Positions 1-14,450 of a DNA stretch of 64,000 bases are shown piece by piece (positions within the stretch are counted from its first letter, which is position 1; each line of letters opens with the position of its first letter). Where the stretch lies: the NCBI GenBank assembly GCA_963823665.1, contig CAWGMQ010000008.1:1568001-1632000 (forward strand). Direction: 5' to 3'. The notes beneath the pieces were generated by a model. It saw nothing but the letters and a program-made list of their open reading frames with translations, had not been told where the DNA came from and made no database searches. This stretch comes from an uncultured Planctomycetota bacterium. GTDB lineage: Bacteria > Planctomycetota > Planctomycetia > Isosphaerales > Isosphaeraceae. A program made the position numbers and the translations under genes.

Positions 1-396
1 CTTGCGTTTGACGGGCTCGGTTTGCTGGGCGACCCAGACTTCGCCCATTCCGCCTTCACCGATTCGCCGTTCGAGAGTGTAGCGCCCCGAGATGACGACG
101 CCGGCCGAGGCACCCTTCTCTCGGAGGGCGGCGGCTGCGAGAATCGACGCCGGATCGGGCCCCGGGGTGAGCACTTCGGTGAGATCGCTGCCAAAATGCG
201 GTGCGTTCGAATCGATGGTCGCCCCGACATCGCCTCCTGGCAGGTCGAGGAACCCTCCCGTAGCTTCATGCGTGGCCAGAAGCCCCTCGACGGTGGCACG
301 GAGGTCGGGTTTGCCGGCGCAGGCTGCGTCAAGGAACGCGGTGCGCTCAGCGGGCGGTTTGTCCAGGGCATCGCGCAACAGCGTTTCTTCGTTCAT
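1..396 (-). CDS. Ser/Thr protein kinase, N-terminal part (runs off window start)
   Basis: Not in the ORF track. Manual translation from ATG at 396 (AGGAG RBS) gives MNEETLLRDALDKPPAERTAFLDAACAG...GRYTLERRIGEGGMGEVWVAQQTEPVKRK: glycine-rich loop plus the planctomycete STK N-terminus. Confidence 0.9.
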   Translation of the reverse strand, partial: MNEETLLRDALDKPPAERTAFLDAACAGKPDLRATVEGLLATHEATGGFLDLPGGDVGATIDSNAPHFGSDLTEVLTPGPDPASILAAAALREKGASAGVVISGRYTLERRIGEGGMGEVWVAQQTEPVKRK

Positions 397-439
397 CGTG
401 ATCTCCTGGTGGCGAAGCCGTGGTTCGGGCGTTCACTGG

Positions 440-688
440 CTAAGGATTTGGGCCAGGGTCGAATTGCGTGACCCGTTCGAGAAGTCCATGTCGACCAGCC
501 AAGCTCCTATAGACTGGCTGACCGGGCACAACAACTTTCGCCATATCCAACGCTAGATTCTGTTCGCGGTGGAGAAATGCGACGATCTGATCGACCGCCC
601 ATATGACCGGATCGCCATATGACGAATATGGTACTCGCACCGAGGGTACGAGGTGATTTGCCAGAACATCCGGTCCCTCAGTCACCAA
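440..688 (-). CDS. hypothetical protein
   Basis: 82-aa ORF whose start overlaps the stop of the upstream gene; no recognisable motif. Confidence 0.4.
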   Translation of the reverse strand: MVTEGPDVLANHLVPSVRVPYSSYGDPVIWAVDQIVAFLHREQNLALDMAKVVVPGQPVYRSLAGRHGLLERVTQFDPGPNP

Positions 689-1020
689 GTGCGTGCGGGG
701 AGCTGAGGGACGCCGGAATTCGATGCGCGAGGCTTAGCCGTCACAGCGGAGATTAATTGCTCGCCGAGATCGGTTGGGTGAGCGAAGATCCCGTTCTTAA
801 TCTTGATGAACCCGTTGTCGGCCAACTGCTCGCAAGCGTCCTGCACTTCTCCGAAGCCGTATCCCTCACCGCTATTGGCAAAGTGCATGGCTAGTGTCTG
901 AAATGCGATGCCATACCCTGCTCTGCGGCCAGGTTCGATCGCGGGAAAAGCAGCCAGAATGTCGCGGTAGATGGGAGGAAGTCCTTTCGCATACGCGGAG
1001 ATTTCAGCATCAGTCGGCAT
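682..1020 (-). CDS. hypothetical protein, possibly winged-helix
   Basis: ATG at 1020 preceded by AAAGGAG; MPTDAEISAYAKGLPPIYRDILAAFP...EVQDACEQLADNGFI...HPTDLGEQL has a wHTH-like pattern. Confidence 0.65.
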   Translation of the reverse strand: MPTDAEISAYAKGLPPIYRDILAAFPAIEPGRRAGYGIAFQTLAMHFANSGEGYGFGEVQDACEQLADNGFIKIKNGIFAHPTDLGEQLISAVTAKPRASNSGVPQLPARTW

Positions 1021-1156
1021 GACTGCTCCTTTGTTGAAAGCGCGCCACCAACCTTCGCAGAACTGAGCTATTCTTTTGCTTCGATTGTAGGCCCAGCACG
1101 CTAACGATGGCAACCGCGAGTCTCTCCTGGGGACAGCCCGTCCTGTGTTGGGTGGC

Positions 1157-1296
1157 TCACGCCGGCGTCGGCTCGATGAGTTCCTTGAGCATGGCGGGAA
1201 AAACCGCCCAGGCTTCTTGATAGGTAGCTTCCAGCGGGGCGGGGATGTAGCGAGTCTCGGAGAGGAAGATCGGCAGCGAAGGGAGCGGATCGCCGA
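1157..1296 (-). pseudogene. C-terminal remnant of a DUF4058-like protein
   Basis: GDPLPSLPIFLSETRYIPAPLEATYQEAWAVFP resembles the DUF4058 C-terminus; the VOC gene occupies the place of the 5' part. Confidence 0.6.
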
Positions 1297-1305
1297 TGAA
1301 GAGCG

Positions 1306-1746
1306 CTAGCCCGGGTAGATGGTCCCTTCTTCCACGAAGCACATCGGGTTGTGCCACCTGTCCTCGGCGTAGAATGACCGCTCGCCCCAGGGTCTCACGC
1401 TGATCTGGCCGCCAGGCTCGCCGTGGACCTGCTCCTGCGACAGGCAACCCAAGGACTTGGCCCGCTCGAAGATCGCATCGAGGTCGCCTACGACAAAATA
1501 CAGGGCCTTTGCGGCCGGGTGCGGCACGCGCTCGGATGAGACATCGACGACCTGCAATGTGACCGGGCCGCACGTGAAGTAGCAGCGCGAGCCGGCTTGC
1601 AGCCGCCCGGTGAGGCCGAAGAGCGTTCCATAAAACTTGGCCGCTTCGTCGAGGTTTCCGACTTCGACGTTGATGCGGAATAGGCTCGGGATGTCGAGTT
1701 CGTCCTGGCCGCCACTTCTCTTGCTCGTCTTCTTGTCACCAGCCAT
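1306..1746 (-). CDS. VOC/glyoxalase family protein
   Basis: INVEVGNLDEAAKFYGTLFG...LYFVVGDLD...RPWGERSFYAEDRWHN; GGAGG RBS. Confidence 0.9.
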   Translation of the reverse strand: MAGDKKTSKRSGGQDELDIPSLFRINVEVGNLDEAAKFYGTLFGLTGRLQAGSRCYFTCGPVTLQVVDVSSERVPHPAAKALYFVVGDLDAIFERAKSLGCLSQEQVHGEPGGQISVRPWGERSFYAEDRWHNPMCFVEEGTIYPG

Positions 1747-1763
1747 GTTGTCCTCCAGTGGTT

Positions 1764-2069
1764 TCAGCTTGGGGGTTTTGAGAACCAGGCGAGCCAGTCT
1801 CGCACCAGGTTCAAGCGACGACAGTCGATGCGGTAGCGGCGCGTCCGGCCGTCGCGCTCATGCCGGAGCAGCCCCGCCGACTCAAGGACCTGAAGATGCC
1901 GTGTCGTCGTCGGCCAAGCGTGCTCGAACGTGCTGGCGATCTCGCCGGCCGTCATCGACCCGCCCTTGAAGTACACCGTGAGTAAGATCCGGCGCCGCAC
2001 CGGGTGGGCGAGTGCCGTGAATACGGCCTCGTACGCATCCGGCCGGCCCTTTGGTTCGCGTTGGGACAC
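1764..2069 (-). CDS. ArsR/SmtB family transcriptional regulator
   Basis: VFTALAHPVRRRIL...AGEIA...TTRHLQVLESAGLL...GRTRRY. Confidence 0.92.
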   Translation of the reverse strand: MSQREPKGRPDAYEAVFTALAHPVRRRILLTVYFKGGSMTAGEIASTFEHAWPTTTRHLQVLESAGLLRHERDGRTRRYRIDCRRLNLVRDWLAWFSKPPS

Positions 2070-2076
2070 CGATAAT

Positions 2077-2096
2077 ATTTAGCATAAATGCTAAAT
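2077..2096. promoter_or_regulatory. Perfect 9-2-9 palindrome ATTTAGCAT-AA-ATGCTAAAT, probable ArsR operator
   Basis: Lies between a TTGACC -35-like box (2099-2104, minus strand) and the ArsR GTG start at 2069. Confidence 0.75.
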
Positions 2097-2137
2097 GCGG
2101 TCAAGGGCGGGCTCGCTTTCCGAGCGTTCGAACGTGC

Positions 2138-2728
2138 CTACGACGAATCCTGACTCGAAATCGCCTTGGAGGGAAGCTTCTTCAAATCATGCCGCATGAT
2201 CAGCCGAGGCGGCACGTGGCGAGCAACGGTTTTGAATCCGGCGTGCGTGAAGGTCGAGGCGTAGCCTGTCCCTGAGGAACTCGGCGTCAGGCTCGCATCA
2301 AGCGGATAAGCTTCGAGCGCGGGTGCGCCGGCTTGCTTTGCCATTTTGAGCGCAGCCGCGATCAAGACGGATGTGACGCCTTTCCTGCGGTAACCCTTCC
2401 GAATATAGAAACAGGAGATTGACCAGACCGGGACGTCATCCACTCGCCTCAGCCGCCAGGTGCGATCGAGCCACGGCGCGGCATCGCGCGGGGTAACCTG
2501 GCACCAGCCCACTGCGCGGTCGCCGTCGAAGGCGAGTAACCCTGGCGGCGGTCCGGAGTTGACGATCTCTCGAATCGCCGCCTTGTTGTCCTCGCCTGGC
2601 CTGGAGCGATAGGCGCTGCCAATCCGCCAGTACATACACCAGCAGCCGTTGCAGGCGCCGTTGGTGCCGAACAGGTCCGCGAACGCAGGCCACAGGTCCG
2701 GTGTGAGCGGGCGAACCGACAGCTTCAT
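2138..2728 (-). CDS. GNAT family N-acetyltransferase
   Basis: GCWCMYWR, VWSISCFYIRKGYRRKGVTSVL (acetyl-CoA motif A), LEAYP. Confidence 0.9.
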   Translation of the reverse strand: MKLSVRPLTPDLWPAFADLFGTNGACNGCWCMYWRIGSAYRSRPGEDNKAAIREIVNSGPPPGLLAFDGDRAVGWCQVTPRDAAPWLDRTWRLRRVDDVPVWSISCFYIRKGYRRKGVTSVLIAAALKMAKQAGAPALEAYPLDASLTPSSSGTGYASTFTHAGFKTVARHVPPRLIMRHDLKKLPSKAISSQDSS

Positions 2729-2746
2729 GCGACCTCCGCTGGAGTT

Positions 2747-3133
2747 TCAGCCGGGCTCCTGATTGAGGTAGATCTTGTTGCCGTAAAGATCCTGCAACAT
2801 GACGCCGGTGCCATACGGCATGGTGACCGGTTCTCCTTCGAATTGCACGCCATGTCGCTTCATTTGTTGATAATCTCGATTGGCGTCATCCGTGCAAATG
2901 CTGAACAGCGGCTGGGCCGCGGCCTGGTGGCCGACGAGCGCCTTCTCTTCGTCGGTCTTTGCAATTTCGAGGTTGATTGAGAAGTCCGCGTTATCGGGGG
3001 CCTTGACGAGAAGCCAGCGATAATCGCCGAGGCGTTTGTCTTCGGCGACTTCGAATCCCAGCTTGTCGACGTAGAAAGACCGCGCCGCGTTTTGGTCGGT
3101 CACGTACAGCTTGAACAAGGTCACCTTCTTCAT
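2747..3133 (-). CDS. VOC/glyoxalase family protein
   Basis: MKKVTLFKLYVTDQNAARSFYVDKLGFEV...PYGTGVMLQDLYGN. Confidence 0.9.
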   Translation of the reverse strand: MKKVTLFKLYVTDQNAARSFYVDKLGFEVAEDKRLGDYRWLLVKAPDNADFSINLEIAKTDEEKALVGHQAAAQPLFSICTDDANRDYQQMKRHGVQFEGEPVTMPYGTGVMLQDLYGNKIYLNQEPG

Positions 3134-3185
3134 GATCGACTCCGGGGTTTGTGGAATGCGATGAATGACGCTGCGACGTGGATCA

Positions 3186-4064
3186 TCATCGCTTTGGCCG
3201 GCGGCGCGAGTCTTGAACAGATCGGACACCTTGCGCCGGTCCGGACTCACGCGCGATCTCGGTCGCGCCATACCACTCCGGAGTGAAGAGATGAGTCGGC
3301 GGCTCGGCGCCGAAGGTGCGAAACTCGCGCACAAGGTGTGCCTGATCGGCAAAGCCGTGCTCCGCGGCCAGACTGGCCCAGGTGAGGTGCGGGCTCATCG
3401 AGGCGCTTTGCCAAACACGCGCGAATCGCATGACTCGCATGAACCGCTTGGGAGTCATGCCCACGGCGGTGAGAAAACGTCGTTGCAACTGCCGCGATGA
3501 GAGATGGAGCTCACGCGCGATCTCTGTGACGACCGGCATGACATCCGAGCGATTAAGCCGATCGACCGCGGCAATTACCTCGGTATCGGAGGAAAGGGCA
3601 CGAGGCAGTTGCTCGAGGAGCACTTGATCGAGCGCTTGCCGGAAGGCGTTTGTTTCCGTGTTTGGGTGTTCGGCGAGTCGCTCTGCAAGAGCATCGTCGA
3701 GCTTCCTACACACCTCGGAGAGCGGAAGCAGCCGTTCGGCGAGGTCGGCGGCGGATCGTCCGAAAAAGCCAGCGCCTCGCGCGGGATGAAATCGGATGCC
3801 AAAGGTATGAACCAGCCCCTGGTAATCCAGGCGAAGGGCTTTTGACAAAGGACCAACAACGGCGCGGTCGGGCTGGAGACCCTGGAACGCTGGTCCAACA
3901 AGCCCGACAGGATCGCCCAGGTTGAAGACCAGCTCGACGTGACCGTCGGGCAAGACAGCAGAAGATGGCATCTGGCGGCCGTCACCGAAGACTCGCCAGT
4001 ACGCGGTGATGATGCCCGCGAGGCCGGGGGAATCAGGAAGCCATTCGTCGTAGCGAATGTCCAT
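3186..4064 (-). CDS. AraC family transcriptional regulator
   Basis: VLPDGHVELVF N-domain; LSSRQLQRRF...GMTPKRF...GFADQAHLVREFR double HTH. Confidence 0.9.
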   Translation of the reverse strand: MDIRYDEWLPDSPGLAGIITAYWRVFGDGRQMPSSAVLPDGHVELVFNLGDPVGLVGPAFQGLQPDRAVVGPLSKALRLDYQGLVHTFGIRFHPARGAGFFGRSAADLAERLLPLSEVCRKLDDALAERLAEHPNTETNAFRQALDQVLLEQLPRALSSDTEVIAAVDRLNRSDVMPVVTEIARELHLSSRQLQRRFLTAVGMTPKRFMRVMRFARVWQSASMSPHLTWASLAAEHGFADQAHLVREFRTFGAEPPTHLFTPEWYGATEIARESGPAQGVRSVQDSRRRPKR

Positions 4065-4138
4065 GCGATTGACGCCAAGCACGCCGCGCAGCGGCACGGG
4101 CGTTCCCACGTGGAGCGTAGGAACGAGGATTCTGTCGT

Positions 4139-5566
4139 TCAGGTAGCATCTGTCTCGGCCGAGCCGAAGCCGAGGAGGCTTTGAGTGAGTGAGCCGCCTT
4201 CGACGACCAGCTCGTGAATGGCTGCGTCCAGGTGCCGGCCTTCGACGCGGTCGCTGGATTCATCCGCGGCAAAGAGGGCAGCCTTGCGCATCATTTCGCG
4301 GATGAAGGCGGCGCTGGCGCCGCCTGTTCGACGGACGAACGTGTCCCAGTTCACCTGGCCCAGCGGCAAGTTGTCTGAGTACAGCTCGAACAGGCGCCGG
4401 CGGCAGGATGCATCCGGGAGCGGGATTTCGATGGCCTGATCGACGCGGCCCGGGCGGGCGGCGAGTGCGGGCTCAAGGATGTCCGGCCGGTTGGTCGTGA
4501 GAAGGAAGAGCACGTCGGCATCGTCGGCGAGGCCGTCCATCTGGTTGAGCAGCTCGAAGAGCAGGGGGCCTGCGCACGCGGCACCGGGGCGGGTGCGCTC
4601 TTCGGCGACGAGGTCGACGTCTTCGAGAATCACGATCGCCGGCTGCAAGGCGCGTGCCAGGGCGCATGACTGCTCGATCATTGCCTGACCGCGGCCGGTG
4701 AGGAGCAACACGGTGCGATTTCGAATGGCACGGGCGACGTACATGGCGGTCAATGTCTTGCCCGTGCCGGGCGGCCCGTGCAGCAGGATGCCGCGCTTCA
4801 GATGGCGGCCTTCGGCAACCAGTATGTCCGAGAGCTCGGAGAACCGAACGGTCTGGCGCTCGATCCGTTCGAGCAGTCCCTTCGGCAAGATGATGTTCTC
4901 GCGCAAAACGTCGGGCAGTCGATGAAACTTGATTTCGGTGCTTCCTATTTGCGATTGTGTCAGCGAGATGACGTGACCGCGGTAGACATTGCGCTTTCGC
5001 ATCGCGGTGCGCAGACCAGCCAGAAACTTCTCAGCGCTATCGCGAGTCGGCGCCATCACCTGAATAGTGACCTGGGCCATCGGATGAAACTCCCTTGCCG
5101 GGCCGGACATCAGGATGGCGAGTGGCTCGCCACCGCGCTTTACGAGGAACAGACCGCTCTGCACACACGCCACGATGCGGTCGTCGTCGAGTGTGATATT
5201 GGCGTATTCGACCGGGCCTTCGGCTGTCCCCCCGCCGCCCATCAGGCCGGCTTTTGCCGGGGCAGCCAGCTCGGTCAGTGTGGCGCTCATGAACGGGTGG
5301 GGATTGATCACACCATAGGTCGCGACCGAGCCGTCGGCGGTTTCGAACTCGGCGTCGATTGCCTTTTGCAGGTTGGCGTGGTCATACGCTGGAAACTTCT
5401 CACTCAATATGGCGAGCTCGGTGGGCTCGCAATCGAAGTGGTCGCGCAGGCGCCGGCGAAAGACCGGCTCTTCCGCCGGGGCAGCGGCCGACATCTGGTC
5501 GAGGAAGCCCTTGAAGGATGCGCCGAAGGCTTGGGGGGAAATGTCCATTGGGGTGGTTTCCGTCAA
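4139..5566 (-). CDS. AAA+ ATPase (single classical AAA module, uncharacterised N-domain)
   Basis: Walker A GPPGTGKT, Walker B VILEDVD, SRH TTNRPDILEPALAARPGRVD. Confidence 0.9.
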   Translation of the reverse strand: MTETTPMDISPQAFGASFKGFLDQMSAAAPAEEPVFRRRLRDHFDCEPTELAILSEKFPAYDHANLQKAIDAEFETADGSVATYGVINPHPFMSATLTELAAPAKAGLMGGGGTAEGPVEYANITLDDDRIVACVQSGLFLVKRGGEPLAILMSGPAREFHPMAQVTIQVMAPTRDSAEKFLAGLRTAMRKRNVYRGHVISLTQSQIGSTEIKFHRLPDVLRENIILPKGLLERIERQTVRFSELSDILVAEGRHLKRGILLHGPPGTGKTLTAMYVARAIRNRTVLLLTGRGQAMIEQSCALARALQPAIVILEDVDLVAEERTRPGAACAGPLLFELLNQMDGLADDADVLFLLTTNRPDILEPALAARPGRVDQAIEIPLPDASCRRRLFELYSDNLPLGQVNWDTFVRRTGGASAAFIREMMRKAALFAADESSDRVEGRHLDAAIHELVVEGGSLTQSLLGFGSAETDAT

Positions 5567-5747
5567 CAGGCGGTACTTCGGGCGTTTGTTTGCTCGCGCA
5601 TGCTGTGCGCACGGCGCGCAGCCGATGCTGTTGTTTTACCATACCGCCCGGTGGGCGTGCTGTGATGAGCGTGAAACTTGGCTCAGAAAGGAAGATGCAT
5701 GAAATTGAAGAAATGGAGCATCGACCCATCTGCGCGATCGTCTGGCC

Positions 5748-10504
<4,757 letters not shown>

Positions 10505-10508
<4 letters not shown>

Positions 10509-11119
10509 GGCGGCAATTCCTCCAGCGTTCGCTTGAGTGCCAGCATGGTCCGCGTCCAGAGCTTGCGGACCGCACCCGATGTTCGACCCATCCGCTCGGC
10601 GATCTGGTCGAAGGGCATGTGCTCCAGATTACGCATGATGAAAACCTCGCGGTAGTCGGCAGAAAGTTTCTCGAGGGCGTTGGCCAGCAGCACGACTTGC
10701 TCGCGACGGCTGGTGTGGGCGCTGGGCGACGACAGCGGCGCGGCCAGGCGTGATTGAATCGCCAGGCTGGATCGATCGAGGATGACTTCCATGGGCTCTT
10801 CGCGACGGTAATCCCGACCCTTGGCCCGGTGCCGCTTCAACTGGTCGGCCAGGCTGCGGACCTGGATCTGCCTCAGCCAGGCGATCAGCTCGGGCTCGGT
10901 CGAGCCCAGGAACTGCGCGAATTCGCGATGGGCCTTAAGAAAGGTTTCCTGCACCAGGTCGGAGGCGTCGAGCCGGACGCGCAAGGGCTGGCTGATCAGG
11001 GCGCGGGCCATAAGACGAAGGTAGTTGCGATAGAGCTCGAGCAAGTGGCCGCGCGCCGACTCGTCGCCGGCGCGGGCACGTTCCAGCAGCACCACGGGGA
11101 TCGCATCGGGCGCGGGCAT
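10505..11119 (-). CDS. ECF sigma-70 factor, planctomycete type
   Basis: LLELYRNYL...DASDLVQETFL...AWLRQI (region 2); DYREVFIMRNLE...IAERMGRTSGAVRKLW (region 4); stop overlaps the kinase ATG. Confidence 0.93.
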
Positions 11120-11192
11120 CGGTGGCGTTCCTTGATCACGCCTCAGTGGCTCACGGCGCGCAGAGGCTTGATCTACCCCACAAGCGTTACCG

Positions 11193-12986
11193 TCATAAGC
11201 TCGGGCGCTTCTTGAGCCCCAGGCTATCCAAAAAACCGGGGCTGTCGAGCACCAGCGGCGCCATCAGCAGATCGGGTGCACTGGCCGCGGACGCCGCGAC
11301 GATCGCACCGCTCGCGCCGTTCTTGGTCACGTTAATGGCGCTGGTCACGGCTGTGCTGAGACCGCTGCTGGAGACCCGAAGAGTGTACCCGGATCCCACC
11401 TTGTTGATCTTCAGTCCCGAGAAGGCAACTACACCCTGGCTGGCTAAAATAGAAAATGTGCCACTGAGAGTGGCTCCGGTCGGGTTGCTCGCAAGGGCCA
11501 TGCTGACGGTATTCCCCGCAGTCGTCACCACATTGCCGTACTGGTCCTCGATCGAGGCTTGCAGACCGAAGCCGCTATTCACCTTAACCGTGGCTGGCGG
11601 CTGCTGCGTGATGACCAACTGCGCGGCCGCTGCGGGGGTGACGGTGATCGAGTTGGTGACGCCCCAGCCCAAGCCGCCGCCGGAGGCCTCGAGCGTGTAC
11701 CCCGAGGCCGTCTTGGTGAGCGTCAGACCGGAGAAGGTGGCGATGCCGTTCGATGCGGTCGCGGTCAGCATGCCGCCGAGGGTGGCGCCACCGGGGTTGT
11801 TTGCCAGGGCCACTGTCACCGTGCCATCGAACGAGGTAATCGGGTTGCCCGAGCTGTCCTCGGCGTCGACCGTAAGGCCGAAGAGGCTACCTGCGGTGAC
11901 GCTGGGCGGTGGTTGCTGGGTCACCACCAGTTGCGAGGTGGTCAGGGTGGCGACGCCGATCGCATTATTGGCGTAATCCGTGAACCAGAGGTTGCCGTCG
12001 GGCCCGGCGGCGATTTGATTGAGGCCGTCGTCAATGGGATACTCGGAAATCGCGTCGGTCGCTGGGTTGATCGAGCCGATCTGGCCAGCGGCCGCCTCGG
12101 TGAACCAAAGGTTCCCATCGGGGCCCAACGTGATCCCGTAGACATTAGACTTGGCCGTCGGGACGGGGTACTCGGTGATGGCATCTGTGGTCAGGTTGAT
12201 CTCTCCGATGGCGTTGCCATTGTAATCCGTGAACCAGACGTTGCCGTCAGGGCCGGGCATTATATGATAAGCGTCGGCATAACCTGATGAGGTCCCGGGG
12301 GCGTCGAAGACGGTCATGACATGGGTCGTGGGGTTAATCCGTCCGATCGTGCGGCTAGACGCGCCGGTGAACCACAGATTGCCGTCGGGACCGGCGGTGA
12401 TCCACATGGGCTCGTTCAGAAAACCGCTGGGCTTGGGGAACTCGGTAACCGCATGGGTCGTCAGGTTGAGCACCCCAATCCCGCTCCCGCCGGCGAACCA
12501 GATGTTGCCATCCGGGCCCGCCGTGATGCCGATGGGAGCGCTCTCAGGGGACGAGGAGTATTCGCTGACAGCGTGCGTGATCGTATTGATCACACCAACC
12601 TTGCCGCTGCCCCTCTCGGTGAACCAGATGTTCCCATCGGGACCGACGGCGATGCCCCAGGGGTTGGAGTTGGCTGTGGGGATCGGAAACTCGCTCGTGG
12701 CGTGCGTCGTTGGGTTGACCATCCCGATTTTGTTAGCTGAATTCTCGATAAACCAAATGTTGCCGTCGGGCCCCGCCACGATGCCAGTGGGCGCGGCTGA
12801 GGGGCTTGTGAGAGGGTACTCGTTGTAGCCGGAGATACTTGACAGCAAGCACCGCTCCTCCAGCCCTTCGAGCCGGAACCGCGCCCGCGTGTCGCCAGAG
12901 CGGCGGTGAGCCCTGCGTCGATCTCTCCCAATCCCAGCGATACCCAGACGGTCCAGGCGATTCTCAATGGTCGAGGGAACAAACAT
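11193..12986 (-). CDS. Extracellular Vgb (virginiamycin B lyase)-like beta-propeller with two Ig-like domains and planctomycete leader
   Basis: RLEGLEERCLLS leader; seven GPDGN(I/L/V)WF repeats; two QLV(V/I)TQQPP domains; GAGGAG RBS. Confidence 0.88.
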   Translation of the reverse strand: MFVPSTIENRLDRLGIAGIGRDRRRAHRRSGDTRARFRLEGLEERCLLSSISGYNEYPLTSPSAAPTGIVAGPDGNIWFIENSANKIGMVNPTTHATSEFPIPTANSNPWGIAVGPDGNIWFTERGSGKVGVINTITHAVSEYSSSPESAPIGITAGPDGNIWFAGGSGIGVLNLTTHAVTEFPKPSGFLNEPMWITAGPDGNLWFTGASSRTIGRINPTTHVMTVFDAPGTSSGYADAYHIMPGPDGNVWFTDYNGNAIGEINLTTDAITEYPVPTAKSNVYGITLGPDGNLWFTEAAAGQIGSINPATDAISEYPIDDGLNQIAAGPDGNLWFTDYANNAIGVATLTTSQLVVTQQPPPSVTAGSLFGLTVDAEDSSGNPITSFDGTVTVALANNPGGATLGGMLTATASNGIATFSGLTLTKTASGYTLEASGGGLGWGVTNSITVTPAAAAQLVITQQPPATVKVNSGFGLQASIEDQYGNVVTTAGNTVSMALASNPTGATLSGTFSILASQGVVAFSGLKINKVGSGYTLRVSSSGLSTAVTSAINVTKNGASGAIVAASAASAPDLLMAPLVLDSPGFLDSLGLKKRPSL

Positions 12987-13339
12987 CGTCGGTTCTCCTC
13001 TGCGGAAGTAGGGTGCTCGGCGAGCAAGTGGACACTTCGGGAGGCGGCGGCCGTTCCCGGACATCGGGCATCGTTCGTTCCGTTGGCCCCGTCTTCCTCC
13101 CTAGACAGGGACGACATCGCCGCGCGAATGTCCCGCGGTCGGAGATTTCCTCGCGCCCCCGAGCCACCGGACTACGCACCGGCGCGGCTCTCGGGTCGTG
13201 GGACAGTGCGACGGACCGGATCACGGATCTGCCGGCAATGTTCGTCGCGTCAAGAGCACGAACGGTCGCCCACCTCACCGTCGCGACAGAAATCTCCGCG
13301 TTCCAGCGCCAATCTTTTCCGTGTTTTTGGCGAGAATGC

Positions 13340-13504
13340 GTTCCGAATACTCCAGCGTCACGCTGTAAGCATTTATTCCAAAACCAGTTAGATCCGAAAA
13401 GCGTGGAGTTCCGAATAATCCAGTGTCACGCCGTAACCTTGGACGCTTTTCGATGTTGGGGCGAAAAACGCTCAGGTCCGATTATTCCAGCGTCACACCT
13501 AAAT
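13340..13504. repeat. Three degenerate 30-bp direct repeats with 67-68 bp period
   Basis: GTTCCGAATACTCCAGCGTCACGCTGTAAG (13340), GTTCCGAATAATCCAGTGTCACGCCGTAAC (13408), GGTCCGATTATTCCAGCGTCACACCTAAAT (13475); weaker fourth copy at 13587-13616. Confidence 0.75.
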
Positions 13505-13728
13505 GCTTTGCTGGCAAGGAGGTGACGCAAAACCGTGTTTTTCGAGGGGCGGCAGGTCTACGGCGCCCCGACTCATGGCGCTCAGTGGCCCGAATACGGA
13601 ATCGTCAGGCGGAAGGCCTGACCGACGCGGATGCCTCGCCTCGAATCGGACGGATTGAACTCCTAACCCGGTCGAACCGGTTGGCTCGTTGAGTTGTCGG
13701 AATCGGCGGACGGACGTAGAGTAGAGGT

Positions 13729-14285
13729 AGAGGTGCGTGGCGGGCGCGATGATCGCCGAGGCGCTTCGATGTGTGCTCCAAGGGCGGGTAACCGCCCCGA
13801 AAGCTCACCTCGAAGGACATGCCGCGGAGGAAAGTCCGGACTCCAAAGGGCGCGATGGTGGGTAACGCCCACCGTCCGAGGCTGTTTGTTCACATGAGCA
13901 AGCAGCACCGGATAGGGATAGTGCCACAGAAAATAAACCGCCTCGGCTGGGGTGCTTGCACCTCGGCCGGGGTAAGGGTGAAACGGCGAGGTAAGAGCTC
14001 ACCAGCAGGCCGGGTGACCGGCTTGGCTCGGTAAACCCCATCGGGAGCAAGACCAAATAAGGGGGCAGGGCACTCGAGCTGGCTTTGCCAAGCGGTTCGC
14101 CGCGATGCGATGCCGGCACGATGCACACGGATCGGCCCGGTCCGTCATGACTCCCGGGTAGGTCGCTCGAGGCGCTGGGCAACCGGCGTCCCAGAAAAAT
14201 GATCATCCGGGTTTTCCGAAGGCCGCGAGAGCGGGCGATGGAAAGCTCGACAGAATCCGGCTTAGGATGCCCGTCACGAACCTCT
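13729..14285 (+). ncRNA. rnpB: RNase P RNA, type A
   Basis: Conserved GAGGAAAGTCC, AGTGCCACAGAAA, GGTGAAACGGCGAGGTAAGAGC, GGTAAACCCC, ACAGAATCCGGCTTA; P1 helix GAGGTGCGTGGCGGGC pairs with GCCCGTCACGAACCTC. Confidence 0.97.
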
Positions 14286-14329
14286 TTTCACACATACGAT
14301 GCAGGGGCTGGGTAGTCCAGGCGCTGGAA

Positions 14330-14381
14330 GTTCCAGGGGCTGGAAGCCCCTGGCTATTGCCCTGCGCCCCGTTGGGGCGGA
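14330..14381. repeat. REP-like double hairpin (CCAGGGGC...GCCCCTGG family)
   Basis: GTTCCAGGGGCTGGAAGCCCCTGGCTA...CGCCCCGTTGGGGCG; related copy at 44299-44353. Confidence 0.7.
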
Positions 14382-14450
14382 GGAACCAACTCGAACACGG
14401 CTGGAGCCCTTGCTGGCGCGGCGGGTTGGTGGGGAGGCTGAGCCGTTGGC

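Noticed and set aside
13605..14206. Several ORFs over the rnpB locus
   Set aside because: Shadow ORFs of a structured RNA gene.
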